Below are positions 22,529 to 32,682 of a stretch of 64,000 bases of DNA, in pieces. Origin of the DNA: an uncultured Phycisphaerales bacterium (lineage in GTDB: Bacteria > Planctomycetota > Phycisphaerae > Sedimentisphaerales > Anaerobacaceae). Under the pieces are notes generated by a model. That model did no database searches, had not been told where the DNA came from, and saw nothing but the letters and a program-made list of their open reading frames with translations. The DNA lies in NCBI GenBank assembly GCA_963772725.1, contig CAVYYI010000002.1, forward strand, positions 320,001-384,000. The letters are read 5' to 3'. Each line of letters opens with the position of its first letter. Position 1 is the stretch's first letter. The position numbers were made by a program, and so were the translations under genes.

Positions 22529-23533
22529 TTAAGTGTCTTGATGTCTTTCCACAAGTTTAACTATAAGTTTTTGTATCTCATCCCAATAATTCGTATCATC
22601 AATTTCTACCATGGGGCCTCTGCTGGAATAAAGTCGGATTTTGTGATGCTTAGATTCCAAATTGACTTCATCTTCCGACAAATCGAATTCAACTAACAAT
22701 TTTCTTTTACGGAAACGAATAGCCGCTATATTTTTAATGTCGCGCACTCCGATATAGTATTTGACAGGATTAAATGTAAGCGTATTTTTAATTTTGAGAA
22801 AGCTTTTTTTAAGTTTATTATAAATATCATTTACGTTTTCATTACAATCTTTGAGATGAAATTCTTCACTGTATTGGGATGAATCAACAGATTGCATGGC
22901 GGTAGCAGATTCGACTGCATCGCCAAATTCCAGATTTTGAGATGGTGGATTTGCTAATATTATATTTTGGTTTTCATTTTGGAAGTGATTGATAATTTGA
23001 ACTTTAACCCACTTTCCCCATGTATCTAAGCGATTGTTCATTTTTTCTTCAATTTCATGTTTATAGCCGTTAATAACAATCAAAATATTTTGACTATTCT
23101 CCAGAGTGTCTTTCAGAAATCTATAAATTTCTTTTTGGCCAATTAGTTTTTTGAGTTTGCTTTGTAAAGAGTCATCTCGCCTGATAATCGAATCTATTTT
23201 TTCTGTTAATTTATTTCTTTCATGAATATTGCTAAAAAAATCAAAGAATTTATCTATTTGAGGATAAATATGTGAGCGGAAATCATGATTTTGAAGCTCA
23301 ACTTCTACAATGTAAAATTGAGGATTTTCCAAATCTGACAGGTTTATTAATACTCCGTCAGGTATAGTTCCACCAAGTGAAGAATTTTCTATCCGATGTT
23401 TTATGTCGATATAAATAGAGTTTGTGCCAAATATAGTTTCAGCGTTATCGAGTATGAATTTTTCAAATTCATCTTCCTTGTGATAGATTATCTGTTCGCA
23501 ATTTTGTCCATTTAAGAAAATGCTTACGTCCAT
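22529..23533 (-). CDS. AT-rich PD-(D/E)XK-like nuclease with probable DUF5655-type C-terminal domain
   Basis: E..FE...IPDG...VEVE motif; C-terminal YSEEFHL...KYYIG...AAIRF segment resembles DUF5655 (from recall). Confidence 0.6.
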   Translation of the reverse strand: MDVSIFLNGQNCEQIIYHKEDEFEKFILDNAETIFGTNSIYIDIKHRIENSSLGGTIPDGVLINLSDLENPQFYIVEVELQNHDFRSHIYPQIDKFFDFFSNIHERNKLTEKIDSIIRRDDSLQSKLKKLIGQKEIYRFLKDTLENSQNILIVINGYKHEIEEKMNNRLDTWGKWVKVQIINHFQNENQNIILANPPSQNLEFGDAVESATAMQSVDSSQYSEEFHLKDCNENVNDIYNKLKKSFLKIKNTLTFNPVKYYIGVRDIKNIAAIRFRKRKLLVEFDLSEDEVNLESKHHKIRLYSSRGPMVEIDDTNYWDEIQKLIVKLVERHQDT

Positions 23534-23535
23534 TA

Positions 23536-23934
23536 TTAGTCATCCTCCACTGAATCGTAACCGAAGATTCTGCGTTTTATTTTGACGGATTGGCCGAAGT
23601 TTATCAACAAGCCGACATTTATTCCAGTAGCTTTCAGATAGTTTACCAATTGCACCTCGTGGATAGGTAAAAGTTCGCTTACGGCTTTTATCTCGATGAT
23701 AATTTTGTCGTCAACAATCATATCAGCGAAGTAATCACCGACTACCTGTTTATGATAAAACACTTTAAGCGGAACTTCAACGTTACATTTTATGCCGTTT
23801 TCGCGCAATTCAATTTCAAGGGCGTTGCCGTATACCTTTTCAGCGAAACCATAACCAAGAGTTTTATGTACCGCATAGGCCGCAGAAATGACTTTCTCGG
23901 ATAACTCTTTATGTTTTAAGGTTTCCATATCCAC
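23536..23934 (-). CDS. GxxExxY protein (PD-(D/E)XK nuclease superfamily)
   Basis: VHKTLGYGFAEKVY (GxxExxY), ADMIVDDKIIIEIKA, QLVNYLKAT and GLLINFG; 132 aa. Confidence 0.93.
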   Translation of the reverse strand: MDMETLKHKELSEKVISAAYAVHKTLGYGFAEKVYGNALEIELRENGIKCNVEVPLKVFYHKQVVGDYFADMIVDDKIIIEIKAVSELLPIHEVQLVNYLKATGINVGLLINFGQSVKIKRRIFGYDSVEDD

Positions 23935-24000
23935 TCTTTTTATTTTACCGTGTTAATCTGTGTTAATCCGTGTCTAAAAATTCCTGTGTAAATCCATGTC

Positions 24001-24513
24001 CTACAAAGTACGTTTATATTTTCTTTTCAGGAGAACGGCGGCGGTGGCGGCGATGGCCTGGCCATTACCGATATCGCCGAGACCCTCGTTGGTTTTGGCT
24101 TTCACATTGACGGCGTTAAAATCTATGCCTAAAAGGCTGGCGATACACCGTTTAATCTGTCCCTTGAAGGGTTCGAGCCTGGGCTGCTCGGCGTGTATTA
24201 TTAAATCGACATTGACTATCACCCAGCGTTTCTCTTCGAGCTTTTCCTTTACGCTAAGCAACAGGCCTTTACTGTCGGCGTCTTTGTACTGCGTGTCGGT
24301 GTCGGGGAAAAATGTCCCTATATCGCCTAACGCGGCGGCACCGAGCAGAGCGTCGATAATAGCGTGCAGAACAACGTCACCGTCGCTGTGTCCCAGCAGG
24401 CCGAATTGATACGGCACGAGGACTCCTCCGAGCATAAGCTTCCTGTCGGCGGTCAGCCTGTGAATGTCTGTACCTATACCGGTACGATACTCATGGTCGT
24501 GTTCTTCAATCAC
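24001..24513 (-). CDS. ispF: 2-C-methyl-D-erythritol 2,4-cyclodiphosphate synthase
   Basis: GIGTDIH, GHSDGDVVLHA, GDIG and VKAKTNE motifs. Confidence 0.96.
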   Translation of the reverse strand: MIEEHDHEYRTGIGTDIHRLTADRKLMLGGVLVPYQFGLLGHSDGDVVLHAIIDALLGAAALGDIGTFFPDTDTQYKDADSKGLLLSVKEKLEEKRWVIVNVDLIIHAEQPRLEPFKGQIKRCIASLLGIDFNAVNVKAKTNEGLGDIGNGQAIAATAAVLLKRKYKRTL

Positions 24514-25094
24514 AGTACACCCTTTGTGCTTGGAATATCCTTGCCGATGATTTTGACGGCCATCGCGAGAGCCTGACCAATCGCCTTAAAAATGGCCTCG
24601 GCTATATGATGGCTGTTCGTGCCGTACGGAACGTTAATATGCAGATTGAATTTGCCTGCGTTCGAGAAACTGCGGAGCAATTCCTCGATGCATTCGACAT
24701 CGAAGTCACCGATTTTAGCGGTTTGGTATTCGACCTTGTAAACGCAGCTGCTTCTGCCGGACAAATCTATGGCGACATTGGCAAGAGCGTCTTCCATAGG
24801 TACCGAGCTGTTGCCGTACCGGGCAATGCCTTTTTTATCGCCAAGAGCATTATTCAGACATTCACCGAGACAGATCGCGATATCCTCAACGGTATGATGA
24901 GCATCGACATTGAGGTCACCTTTGGCTCTTACGACTAAATCGATTTTGCCGTGTTTGCTGAGATGGGTGAGCATGTGGTCGAGAAAGCCGATGCCGGTAT
25001 CGATACGGTATTTGCCGATGCCGTCAAGATTCATTTCAAGCTGGACGTCGGTTTCGCTTGTTTTTCTGTGTATTTTAGCGGTTCTGTTTTTCAT
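24510..25094 (-). CDS. hisB: imidazoleglycerol-phosphate dehydratase
   Basis: TGIGFLDHML, DAHHTVED and NSHHIAEAIFKA motifs. Confidence 0.96.
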   Translation of the reverse strand: MKNRTAKIHRKTSETDVQLEMNLDGIGKYRIDTGIGFLDHMLTHLSKHGKIDLVVRAKGDLNVDAHHTVEDIAICLGECLNNALGDKKGIARYGNSSVPMEDALANVAIDLSGRSSCVYKVEYQTAKIGDFDVECIEELLRSFSNAGKFNLHINVPYGTNSHHIAEAIFKAIGQALAMAVKIIGKDIPSTKGVL

Positions 25095-25110
25095 AAAAAT
25101 ATCCTTATTT

Positions 25111-26151
25111 TTATAATATATCTTTCAACGCGGCGAGGAGTTTATCGTTCTGTTGTTTTGAGCCGACTGTTATTCTTAATTTATCGGTCAAACCGGGCAG
25201 ATCAAAATACCTGACATAAATATTCCGCTGGACGAGTTTGTCATAGACTTCGGCAGCGGAACAATTTTTGCACTGCGCAAGGACGAAGTTCGAGGAGCTT
25301 TGAGAAACGGTAAGGCCGAGATTGCGAAGTTCCGCGGTGAGCCTTGCGCGTTCAGTTTTTATTTTTTCAACATTTTGGCGAAGATACTGCTGGTCGTTTA
25401 TAGCGGCAGTGGCAGCGGTAATGGCAATCGCATTTACATTGTAAGAATCCTTGACCTTCATAAGGCCTTCAATCAAAGCTGGCTGGGCCATCGCGTAACC
25501 AAATCGCAGGCCAGCCAGAGAGTAACCTTTGCTCATAGTGCGAAGAACTATAACATTATCGAAATCCCTGACCAGGCAGGCGCAGTTGGCTTCGGCAAAA
25601 TCGACATAAGCCTCGTCGATGAGCAGGATGCCGGTAAGTTCATCGGCAAGCGAAGCGATTTCCGAAACGTTTATAAAGCTGCCGGAAGGGGCATTAGGAT
25701 TGCAGAGGATAGTTAACGCCGCCGCGGCAGAAGCTAATTTGGCCGGCAGGTTGAATTCGGCGTCGAAAGGTATTTCGATAGTTTTGCAGTTTTCGAGTTT
25801 GGCCAGTACGGGATAGAGCGAGTAGGTCGGGACTGGGTATGCCAAAGGCCGGTTTTCATCGCAGAATGCGCGAACGGCGATTGAAAGCAGTTCATCTCCG
25901 CCGTTGCAGCACATAATATTTTCCGGCAACAGGCCGTTAATTTGGGCAGCAACCTGACGAAAGACGTCCGCCAGCGGGTCGGGATATCGACGAAGCTGCT
26001 CAGGGGTTATCTGAGTGATAACCTTTAATACCGCAGGCGAAGGCGGATAGGGATTCTCGTTGGTGTTCAGCTTGACTACATCGGTTTGTTTCGGCTGAAA
26101 ACCCGGCGTATAACCCTCGGTTTTTTCGACGTTTTCACGAAAATATCCCAT
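25111..26151 (-). CDS. hisC: histidinol-phosphate aminotransferase
   Basis: KLNTNENPY, CNPNAPSG, DEAYVDF and RTMSKGYSLAGLRFG motifs. Confidence 0.95.
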   Translation of the reverse strand: MGYFRENVEKTEGYTPGFQPKQTDVVKLNTNENPYPPSPAVLKVITQITPEQLRRYPDPLADVFRQVAAQINGLLPENIMCCNGGDELLSIAVRAFCDENRPLAYPVPTYSLYPVLAKLENCKTIEIPFDAEFNLPAKLASAAAALTILCNPNAPSGSFINVSEIASLADELTGILLIDEAYVDFAEANCACLVRDFDNVIVLRTMSKGYSLAGLRFGYAMAQPALIEGLMKVKDSYNVNAIAITAATAAINDQQYLRQNVEKIKTERARLTAELRNLGLTVSQSSSNFVLAQCKNCSAAEVYDKLVQRNIYVRYFDLPGLTDKLRITVGSKQQNDKLLAALKDIL

Positions 26152-26373
26152 AGCGATTCCTGTAATTTTAACGGTTTCAGATTATAAGGGTATTTCGGCA
26201 GAAATAAAAGACCTTTTTGACATTATTAAATTAACCACAAATCCGTAAAAGCAGGTTTCCCGCTAAGACGCAGATACGCAAAGAAATGATAGAGGACAAA
26301 AGACTGATAAGCATTGAAGATGCTGAGAGGATTGCTTATAATGTTAGAAGTAGTCTTGTCTGGCGTTTGAACT

Positions 26374-27363
26374 TTGTTTCAGGTTTATATGAGAGAGAAA
26401 GATATGACTTCGAAAGTAAACGCTGTTTTTAGTGGGGTACGAGGGTTCATCCTATTAGGACTGTTTGTCATTGTTGACTTTTCCCGAGCAATGGCAGGAT
26501 CGATTCCTATGCCTATCGAAGTCAATTTGGATATGGCACGATATGTCGCTATAGGCCGGATAACTCAAATTAAGGAACCAAATGTTCCCAATGCGGATGG
26601 AATACGATGGGGGCAGGCAACGGTCGAGGTCAATGAAGTTCTTAAAGGTCCTCAGGCGAAAACTATCAACTTTCGTGTTGCTACGGAGGTCAGTAAAAAT
26701 TATGGAGGTTCCAGTCCTCCTCGTACCCATAGGGCTGGTGATTCCGGGATTTGGCTGATTGATGCCACCGGCACAGTCTCACATTCGTTCGGCTTACTCC
26801 CCGAAGCTCGCAAGATGTATATTAAGCAGATTCTTAAGACGCTTGAGGAGAGAAGATGGTCAGAACCTGTTAATGGTCTGCGAGCCTGGGCAGCAGTTGT
26901 ATATCCGGATTATAGCGAGAATCTGGACAATCCCAGCGATAATCCTGTAATTATTTTTGCAGTGAAGAATGTTTCTGATGCGGACATCTTTGTTCCGGCT
27001 GAATCCCAAACAGACTTTATTACCGCGACTGTTGTGAGTCAGGATGGTAAAATATATGATTGTGTTCTTGGCAATGTGATGTGGCGAAATTCCGAAACTA
27101 TATTTTGCCGTAAACTACCTGCCGGAGGGACGGTCTATCTGCACCCTGGATATACATGCATTAACCTTGCAAGACAGGATTCCTATCCAGAGAAGAGAGA
27201 TGGATTGCTTCCGGGAAAGTATTCTGTAGTCATCTGCTGTAAAAATGAGAAAGAAGGCGAAATCGCCGATGTCCATGGCGGAACGAAGCAGGTATTGGCA
27301 TGGAAAGGTGTTTTGAAAACTCCACCTGTTGAGCTTGTGCTTAAACCAGAGAAGAAACATTAA
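26374..27363 (+). CDS. hypothetical exported protein (start probably 26404)
   Basis: 329-aa ORF with a signal-like N-terminus; no family recognised. Confidence 0.7.
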   Translation: MFQVYMREKDMTSKVNAVFSGVRGFILLGLFVIVDFSRAMAGSIPMPIEVNLDMARYVAIGRITQIKEPNVPNADGIRWGQATVEVNEVLKGPQAKTINFRVATEVSKNYGGSSPPRTHRAGDSGIWLIDATGTVSHSFGLLPEARKMYIKQILKTLEERRWSEPVNGLRAWAAVVYPDYSENLDNPSDNPVIIFAVKNVSDADIFVPAESQTDFITATVVSQDGKIYDCVLGNVMWRNSETIFCRKLPAGGTVYLHPGYTCINLARQDSYPEKRDGLLPGKYSVVICCKNEKEGEIADVHGGTKQVLAWKGVLKTPPVELVLKPEKKH

Positions 27364-27433
27364 AAAAATCCCTGAAAAGGTATAATATGAATAGCGGTAT
27401 TTCAATTAAATCTTTTGTGGCTGGGAGAATGAA

Positions 27434-27718
27434 ATGATTGTAATTCGGACATGCTGGTATCTCTGTATAATATTTCTTGCGACGTTTGTGTGTACATCAG
27501 CAATCACGGTTGTTCCTGATAAAGAAAATGAAGTAGCTATAATTATGCGGATTTTTCTTATCCTGAGTATTTTAGCCGGTATCGCAGGGTTGCTGCTTCG
27601 AATATATTTTAAGAATCATCCTGAAGCCGTAATTTTCAAATCAAAGGTAGTTTCAAGATTTTGCATAGGGATTTCCATTGCTCTGACGCTGATATTTCTG
27701 TTATTTGTGGTTGGATGA
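27434..27718 (+). CDS. small orphan membrane protein
   Basis: 94 aa, three hydrophobic segments, RBS GGAG. Confidence 0.65.
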   Translation: MIVIRTCWYLCIIFLATFVCTSAITVVPDKENEVAIIMRIFLILSILAGIAGLLLRIYFKNHPEAVIFKSKVVSRFCIGISIALTLIFLLFVVG

Positions 27719-27725
27719 GTAACAA

Positions 27726-27781
27726 CTCCGCGATAAATCGCGGGGCTAACTAACTATACCCTATACCCTGTCCCCTATTTC
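27726..27781. repeat. REP-like hairpin plus 7-bp tandem run
   Basis: CTCCGCGAT-AA-ATCGCGGGG-CTAAC followed by CTATACC-CTATACC-CTGTCCC-CTATTTC. Confidence 0.6.
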
Positions 27782-28616
27782 TGGCAGTAGTCGATGAGGC
27801 GGGCGATTTCGCTTCGAAGGTCTTTGCGGTGGACAATCATATCGACAAAGCCGTGTTCGAGCAGAAATTCCGCGGTCTGGAAACCTTCCGGCAGTTCGAC
27901 TTTTATTGTTTCGGCAATTGTTCGCGGGCCGGCAAAACCGATTAATGCCTTGGGTTCGGCTATGATAATGTCGCCCAGCATCGCGAAACTCGCCGTTACG
28001 CCGCCGGTAGTGGGGTCGGTAAGAACGGAGATAAAAAGCCCCCCTGCCTGGTCGAATTTGGCGACAGCGGCGCTGGTTTTGGCCATTTGGCCGAGCGAGA
28101 CGACGCCTTCGTGCATCCTGGCCCCGCCTGAACAGCATATAGCTATAAAAGGGAGCTTTTCTTCAATGGCTTTATCGACGGCGGCACAGAATTTTTCGCC
28201 GACGACGTCACCCATCGAACCCATCAGAAAATTCGGCTCCATCACGGCCAGCATAACCCCTCTGCCCTTGATGAAGGCCTTGCCGATTCGTATGGCTTCT
28301 TTTGAGCCGCTTTTTTTCTCATCGGCCTTGAGACGCTGCTTATAGGTCGTGCCTCTGAACTTGAAATCGAGCGGGTCGTTGGCGGTCAAATCGCTGTGCA
28401 TTTCCTGAAATGAACCCTCATCGACCAGATATTTGATACGGGTAACAGCATCGATGCGGAAATGATAATCGCATTTGGGGCATACGTTAAAGTTCTACTC
28501 GACCTCGCTTTTGTAAAGCATCTGCTCGCATGCAGGACAACGCGTCCAAAGCCCGCCGGCATCTCCTTTCGGGGCTTGAGCGAAAAACCATTCCATTTCG
28601 ATTTGTTTTTAGCCAT
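27775..28616 (-). CDS. accD: acetyl-CoA carboxylase carboxyltransferase beta subunit (frameshifted)
   Basis: GSMG, SGGARMHEG, PTTGGVTASFA and GFAGPR motifs; the N-terminal zinc-finger part is in shifted frames. Confidence 0.93.
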
Positions 28617-28665
28617 AAGTCGTCATTAGATATTAGCAAAAATTCCGGGATAATGCCACGAAAAA

Positions 28666-29329
28666 TTATGACGCGGCCTTTCTTATGGCCTTTATCGCAG
28701 CGACGGTCGGTTTGGCAAAAATCGCGTTGCCGGCCACAAGGGTATCCGCCCCATAGAGCAACGACCTAGGCGCAGTGTTAGAGTCGATGCCGCCATCAAC
28801 TTCGACACGGATATCGGGGCCGACAATTTTTCTTACTTCGGCAATTTTTTTCGCGGCCTGCAGGCATAAATTTCTGTCCGCCAAAGCCCGGATGACCGTC
28901 ATCACCAGAATCATATCGCAAAGCGGGGCAACAGTCTTCGATTGCTTTGACAGGCGTTTCTGGATTTAGACATATCCCGGCGGTACAGCCAAGGCCGTGC
29001 AGTATCATCGATGAGTTTCTCGGGCTCATCGGTAACTTCGATATGAAATGTTATATGATTAGCGCCGGCTTCGACGAAATGCTCGATATATTTGCAGGGT
29101 CAGTTATCATCAGGTGAGCGTCGAAAACAAGTTTGCTGTGTTTGCGAAGTTTGGCGACAACCGGCGGGCCGATCGTGATATTGGGAACAAAATGGCCGTC
29201 CATAACATCAAGATGAACCATCTTCACACCCGCTGATTCAATCTGGGCGATTTCGTCAGCCAGCCTGGCGAAATCAGCGCTGAGTATCGACGGCGCAATC
29301 TCAATTGTACCTGGTTTGGGCAATTTCAT
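28666..29329 (-). CDS. rpe: ribulose-phosphate 3-epimerase (several frameshifts)
   Basis: IAPSILSADF, HLDVMDGHFVPNITIG and EVDGGI motifs. Confidence 0.92.
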
Positions 29330-29346
29330 TTAAAGTTTTCTATTTA

Positions 29347-30587
29347 TTACTTTTCGTCCAGGATTTCGAGGCAGACGAATTTTTTGCCTTCGAGAAATTC
29401 CAGGCTCGCTCCGCCGCCGGTTGAAATATGGCTGACCTTGTCTTCCAGGCCGAGCTTCTTGATGGCGCTTGCGCTGTCGCCGCCGCCGATAATGCTTCTT
29501 GCACCTTTATCGGTCGCGTCTGCGACCGCCAGAGCGACAGCTTTTGTGCCCTCATCAAAAGGCGGCATCTCGAAAACGCCCATCGGGCCGTTCCAGACGA
29601 TCGTTTTGGCGTTATTAATCTTTTCAGCGAAAAGTTTGCGGGTCGCCGGGCCGATATCCAGTCCCTGCCAGCCGTCTTCGATATCGCCTGTGACGATCTT
29701 GTTCTCTGCGCCGGCCTTGAATTCCTTTCGCAACAACCGTATCGACAGGCAGAACTATCTCGCAGCCTGCTGTTTTGGCCTTATTAAGCAGTTCATTGGC
29801 CTTGGCAGACAAAATCATCTTCGCAAAGCTGTTGCCGACGATTTACCCTGGCCTTGAAAAATGTATAGGCCATCGCGCCGCCAATGAGGATGCTGTTAAC
29901 TTTGCTAATCAGATTTTCAATCACGCCGATTTTATCCGAGACTTTTGCCCCGCCGAGAATCGCCACAAAAGGCCTGACCGGATTGTTGACGGTATCGCCA
30001 AGGAATTTCAGTTCCTTCTCAATCAAGAATCCGGTTACGCGGGGTTTGCCCTTCATCAGTAACGGGCACAGTGTACATCGAGGCGTTGTCCCTGTGAGCA
30101 GTGCCGAATGCGTCATCGACATATACATCGCCCAAGATCGGCAATCTGCTTTGCGAAATCATCTTTTGCCTTGCGAAGATTCGGGTCGTCCTTGGCCTTT
30201 TTATCTTTGATTTCTTCTTCCTTGTGGAAGCGCAGATTTTCAAGAAGCATGACATCGCCCATCTTCAGTGCGACTGGCTTTGGCCTTTACATCAGGGCCG
30301 ATGCAGTCATCGGCGAAAATAACTTTTTTGCCCAGAAGTTCCGACAGCCTTTTTGCGACGGGAGCCAATGACTCTTCCGGGTTTTTTTTGCCTTCCGGCC
30401 TGCCAAGATGACTCATCAGAATTAACGCGCCGCCTTTATCGAGAACGTGCTTTATTGTCGGCAGCGCCTTTACGATTCGGTCGTCACTTGTGATATTGCA
30501 GTTATCGTCGAGCGGCACATTGAAATCGCACCGCATCAAAACCTTTTTGCCTTTTACGTTAATATCCGCAACTGTTTTCTTGGCCAT
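29347..30587 (-). CDS. pgk: phosphoglycerate kinase (several frameshifts)
   Basis: [30 protein letters not shown] and [11 protein letters not shown] motifs. Confidence 0.95.
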
Positions 30588-30626
30588 ATTTTATACCCGC
30601 CTTTCATAATTATATAAAATAATTCC

Positions 30627-30678
30627 ACCGCAGAGCATCTGGCACGGCCTAAAAAGCTGTGCCAGAACCTCTGTGGTT
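30627..30678. other. long intergenic hairpin between gap and pgk
   Basis: ACCGCAGAG..TCTGGCACGGC-loop-GCTGTGCCAGA..CTCTGTGGT. Confidence 0.55.
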
Positions 30679-30688
30679 TATACTTACT

Positions 30689-31703
30689 TTACAGTTTTGC
30701 CAGCTTTTCCATAATGTCAACAGTGCGGTTCGAATAACCCCATTCGTTGTCATACCAGCTTATCAGTTTTACCATGTTGCCTTTGACCATCGTCAACAGC
30801 GAATCAAAAATGCTCGAAGCCGGATTATTAACAATGTCACTGCTGACTATCGGCTCGTTGCAGTATTCGAGAATACCCTTCAACGGGCCTTCGGCGGCCT
30901 TTTTCACGGCGGCGTTGACTTCCTCTACCGTTACCTGCTTTTTCAGTATTGCGACCAAATCAACAACACTGCCGACTGGAAGCGGAACACGAACAGCGAA
31001 ACCGTCCAGTTTGCCGTTCGAGGTCAGGAATGACCTTACCGATGGCCTTTGCGGCACCGGTGCTGGTGGGAATCATGTTCGCAGCGGCGGCTCGTGCGCG
31101 GCGAAGGTCCTTGTGAATCTGGTCGGCAACTCTCTGGTCATTGGTATAAGCGTGAATAGTGGTCATCAGGCCGCGTTCAATACCGAACGCATCATTGATA
31201 ACCTTTGCTAAAGGAGCCAGGCAGTTTGTCGTGCAGGATGCGTTGGATACACACTTGATATTCTTAGTCAGGGTCTTGTCGTTTACGCCCATAACTATTG
31301 TCGCATCGATGTTATCTTTTGCGGGTACGGTCAGAACAACCTTTTCAGCGCCGGCTTTGATGTGGTCGGCATAACCGCCCTTTGGCGATTCCGCTGATAC
31401 GAATATGCCGGTTGACTCCACAACAACCTTAACGCCCATAGCCTTCCAGGGCAGTTCCGCAGGATTCTTTACCGCCAGAACCTTGACGGTCTTGCCGTTA
31501 ATAATCAGCGCATCATCCTTTGCCTCTATGGTGCCGTTCCATCTGCCCATGACCGTATCGTATTTGAACAGGTGCGCCAGACTCTTTGCGTCAGACAAAT
31601 CGTTTATCGCAACCAGCTCCAGACCGCTGTTTCTCTGGAAAATAATTCTTGTTACAGCTCTGCCTATTCGACCGAACCCGTTAATCGCAACTTTTGTCGC
31701 CAT
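30689..31703 (-). CDS. gap: type I glyceraldehyde-3-phosphate dehydrogenase (one frameshift)
   Basis: [30 protein letters not shown] and WYDNEWGYS motifs. Confidence 0.96.
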
Positions 31704-31827
31704 TCTACTTCTCCTTGTTTTTAGTATTATAAATAGGGTTTTTTAGTGTTTAAGAACACACGGGTTTATTACTTTATTGACAAACCCCCCGGTTGTCAAG
31801 AACTTCTTACCGCCTTGCAAATATTTT

Positions 31828-32024
31828 AACCACAAATAAACACGAATAGACACAGATTAACGCGGTTTTTTTGACACGGATTCACACCGATTTACACTGT
31901 TTAAAAAAAATTATTATCAGCATATCGTAAGGTGAAATTTTGACCCCGCCCTACAAAACTGACTGTACGCTATAAATCCTGTTATCCTGAAATAATCTGT
32001 GTAAATCCGGTTTCATCAGCGGAC
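31828..32024. repeat. inverted 10-bp-period triad repeats with no gene between them (MITE-like)
   Basis: CACAAATAAA-CACGAATAGA-CACAGATTAA and TTGACACGGATTCACACCGATTTACACTG, facing AATCTGTGTAAATCCGG at 31994. Confidence 0.65.
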
Positions 32025-32112
32025 AAAAAATGAAATAATTCTATGCTTGCCACAGATTTTATGTAACATATCGGTCTGCGGCGCAATTATATTGGCGATA
32101 ATGGCTGGTACT

Positions 32113-32681
32113 ATGGCTGAAACTGAAAAACAGATAAATACCGATGACCTCGTCCTGCGGGCCGCAGCGACGCCGATGCTCTCGGACAGCTTTATGAGCT
32201 GTACTACGAGCCGATATACCGGTTCTGCGTCCTGCGTGTCTTCAACAAAACGACCGCTGAAGACCTGACCTCTACGGTATTTCTGCAAGTGGCACAGAGT
32301 ATCTCATCCTTTACCGGCCGGTCAGAAAGCGACTTTCGCAACTGGGTTTACGCCATAGCCGCCAACCATATAAACGCCTATATCCGTAAATCTTCGCGAA
32401 GAAAAAAACTTCTGGCTTTGGCCTCTCAGAATTTCAACGGTGAACATATCGACCCGCCCGCGGACGCGCAGCCGCCAGCCTGGCCACAGGTTTACCAGGC
32501 CATTATGAAGTTAAAACCCAAGCATCAGACCATTGTCATACTAAGGTTCTTTGAAAATATGGATTTTGTTGAAATTGGAAAAATTATTAACGCCAGACCG
32601 GAAACCATGCGTGTCTCGCTGCACAGAATCCTTAAAAAATTGAAAAGCCATTTACAAAAAATCGTAGATGCAGGAGCATAA
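32113..32681 (+). CDS. ECF RNA polymerase sigma factor (frameshifted)
   Basis: AEDLTSTVFLQV/FRNWVYAIAAN region 2 and region 4 HTH (ETMRVSLHR). Confidence 0.85.
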
Positions 32682-32682
32682 A

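Larger units (their letters stand above)
22457..24000. mobile_element. putative transposase-free element: GxxExxY nuclease plus cargo, between inverted 10-bp-period repeat arms
   Basis: 31-bp IR 22491-22521 / 23947-23977 (30/31 match), outer GACA...TGTC termini, fills almost the whole ispF-cysS gap. Confidence 0.6.
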
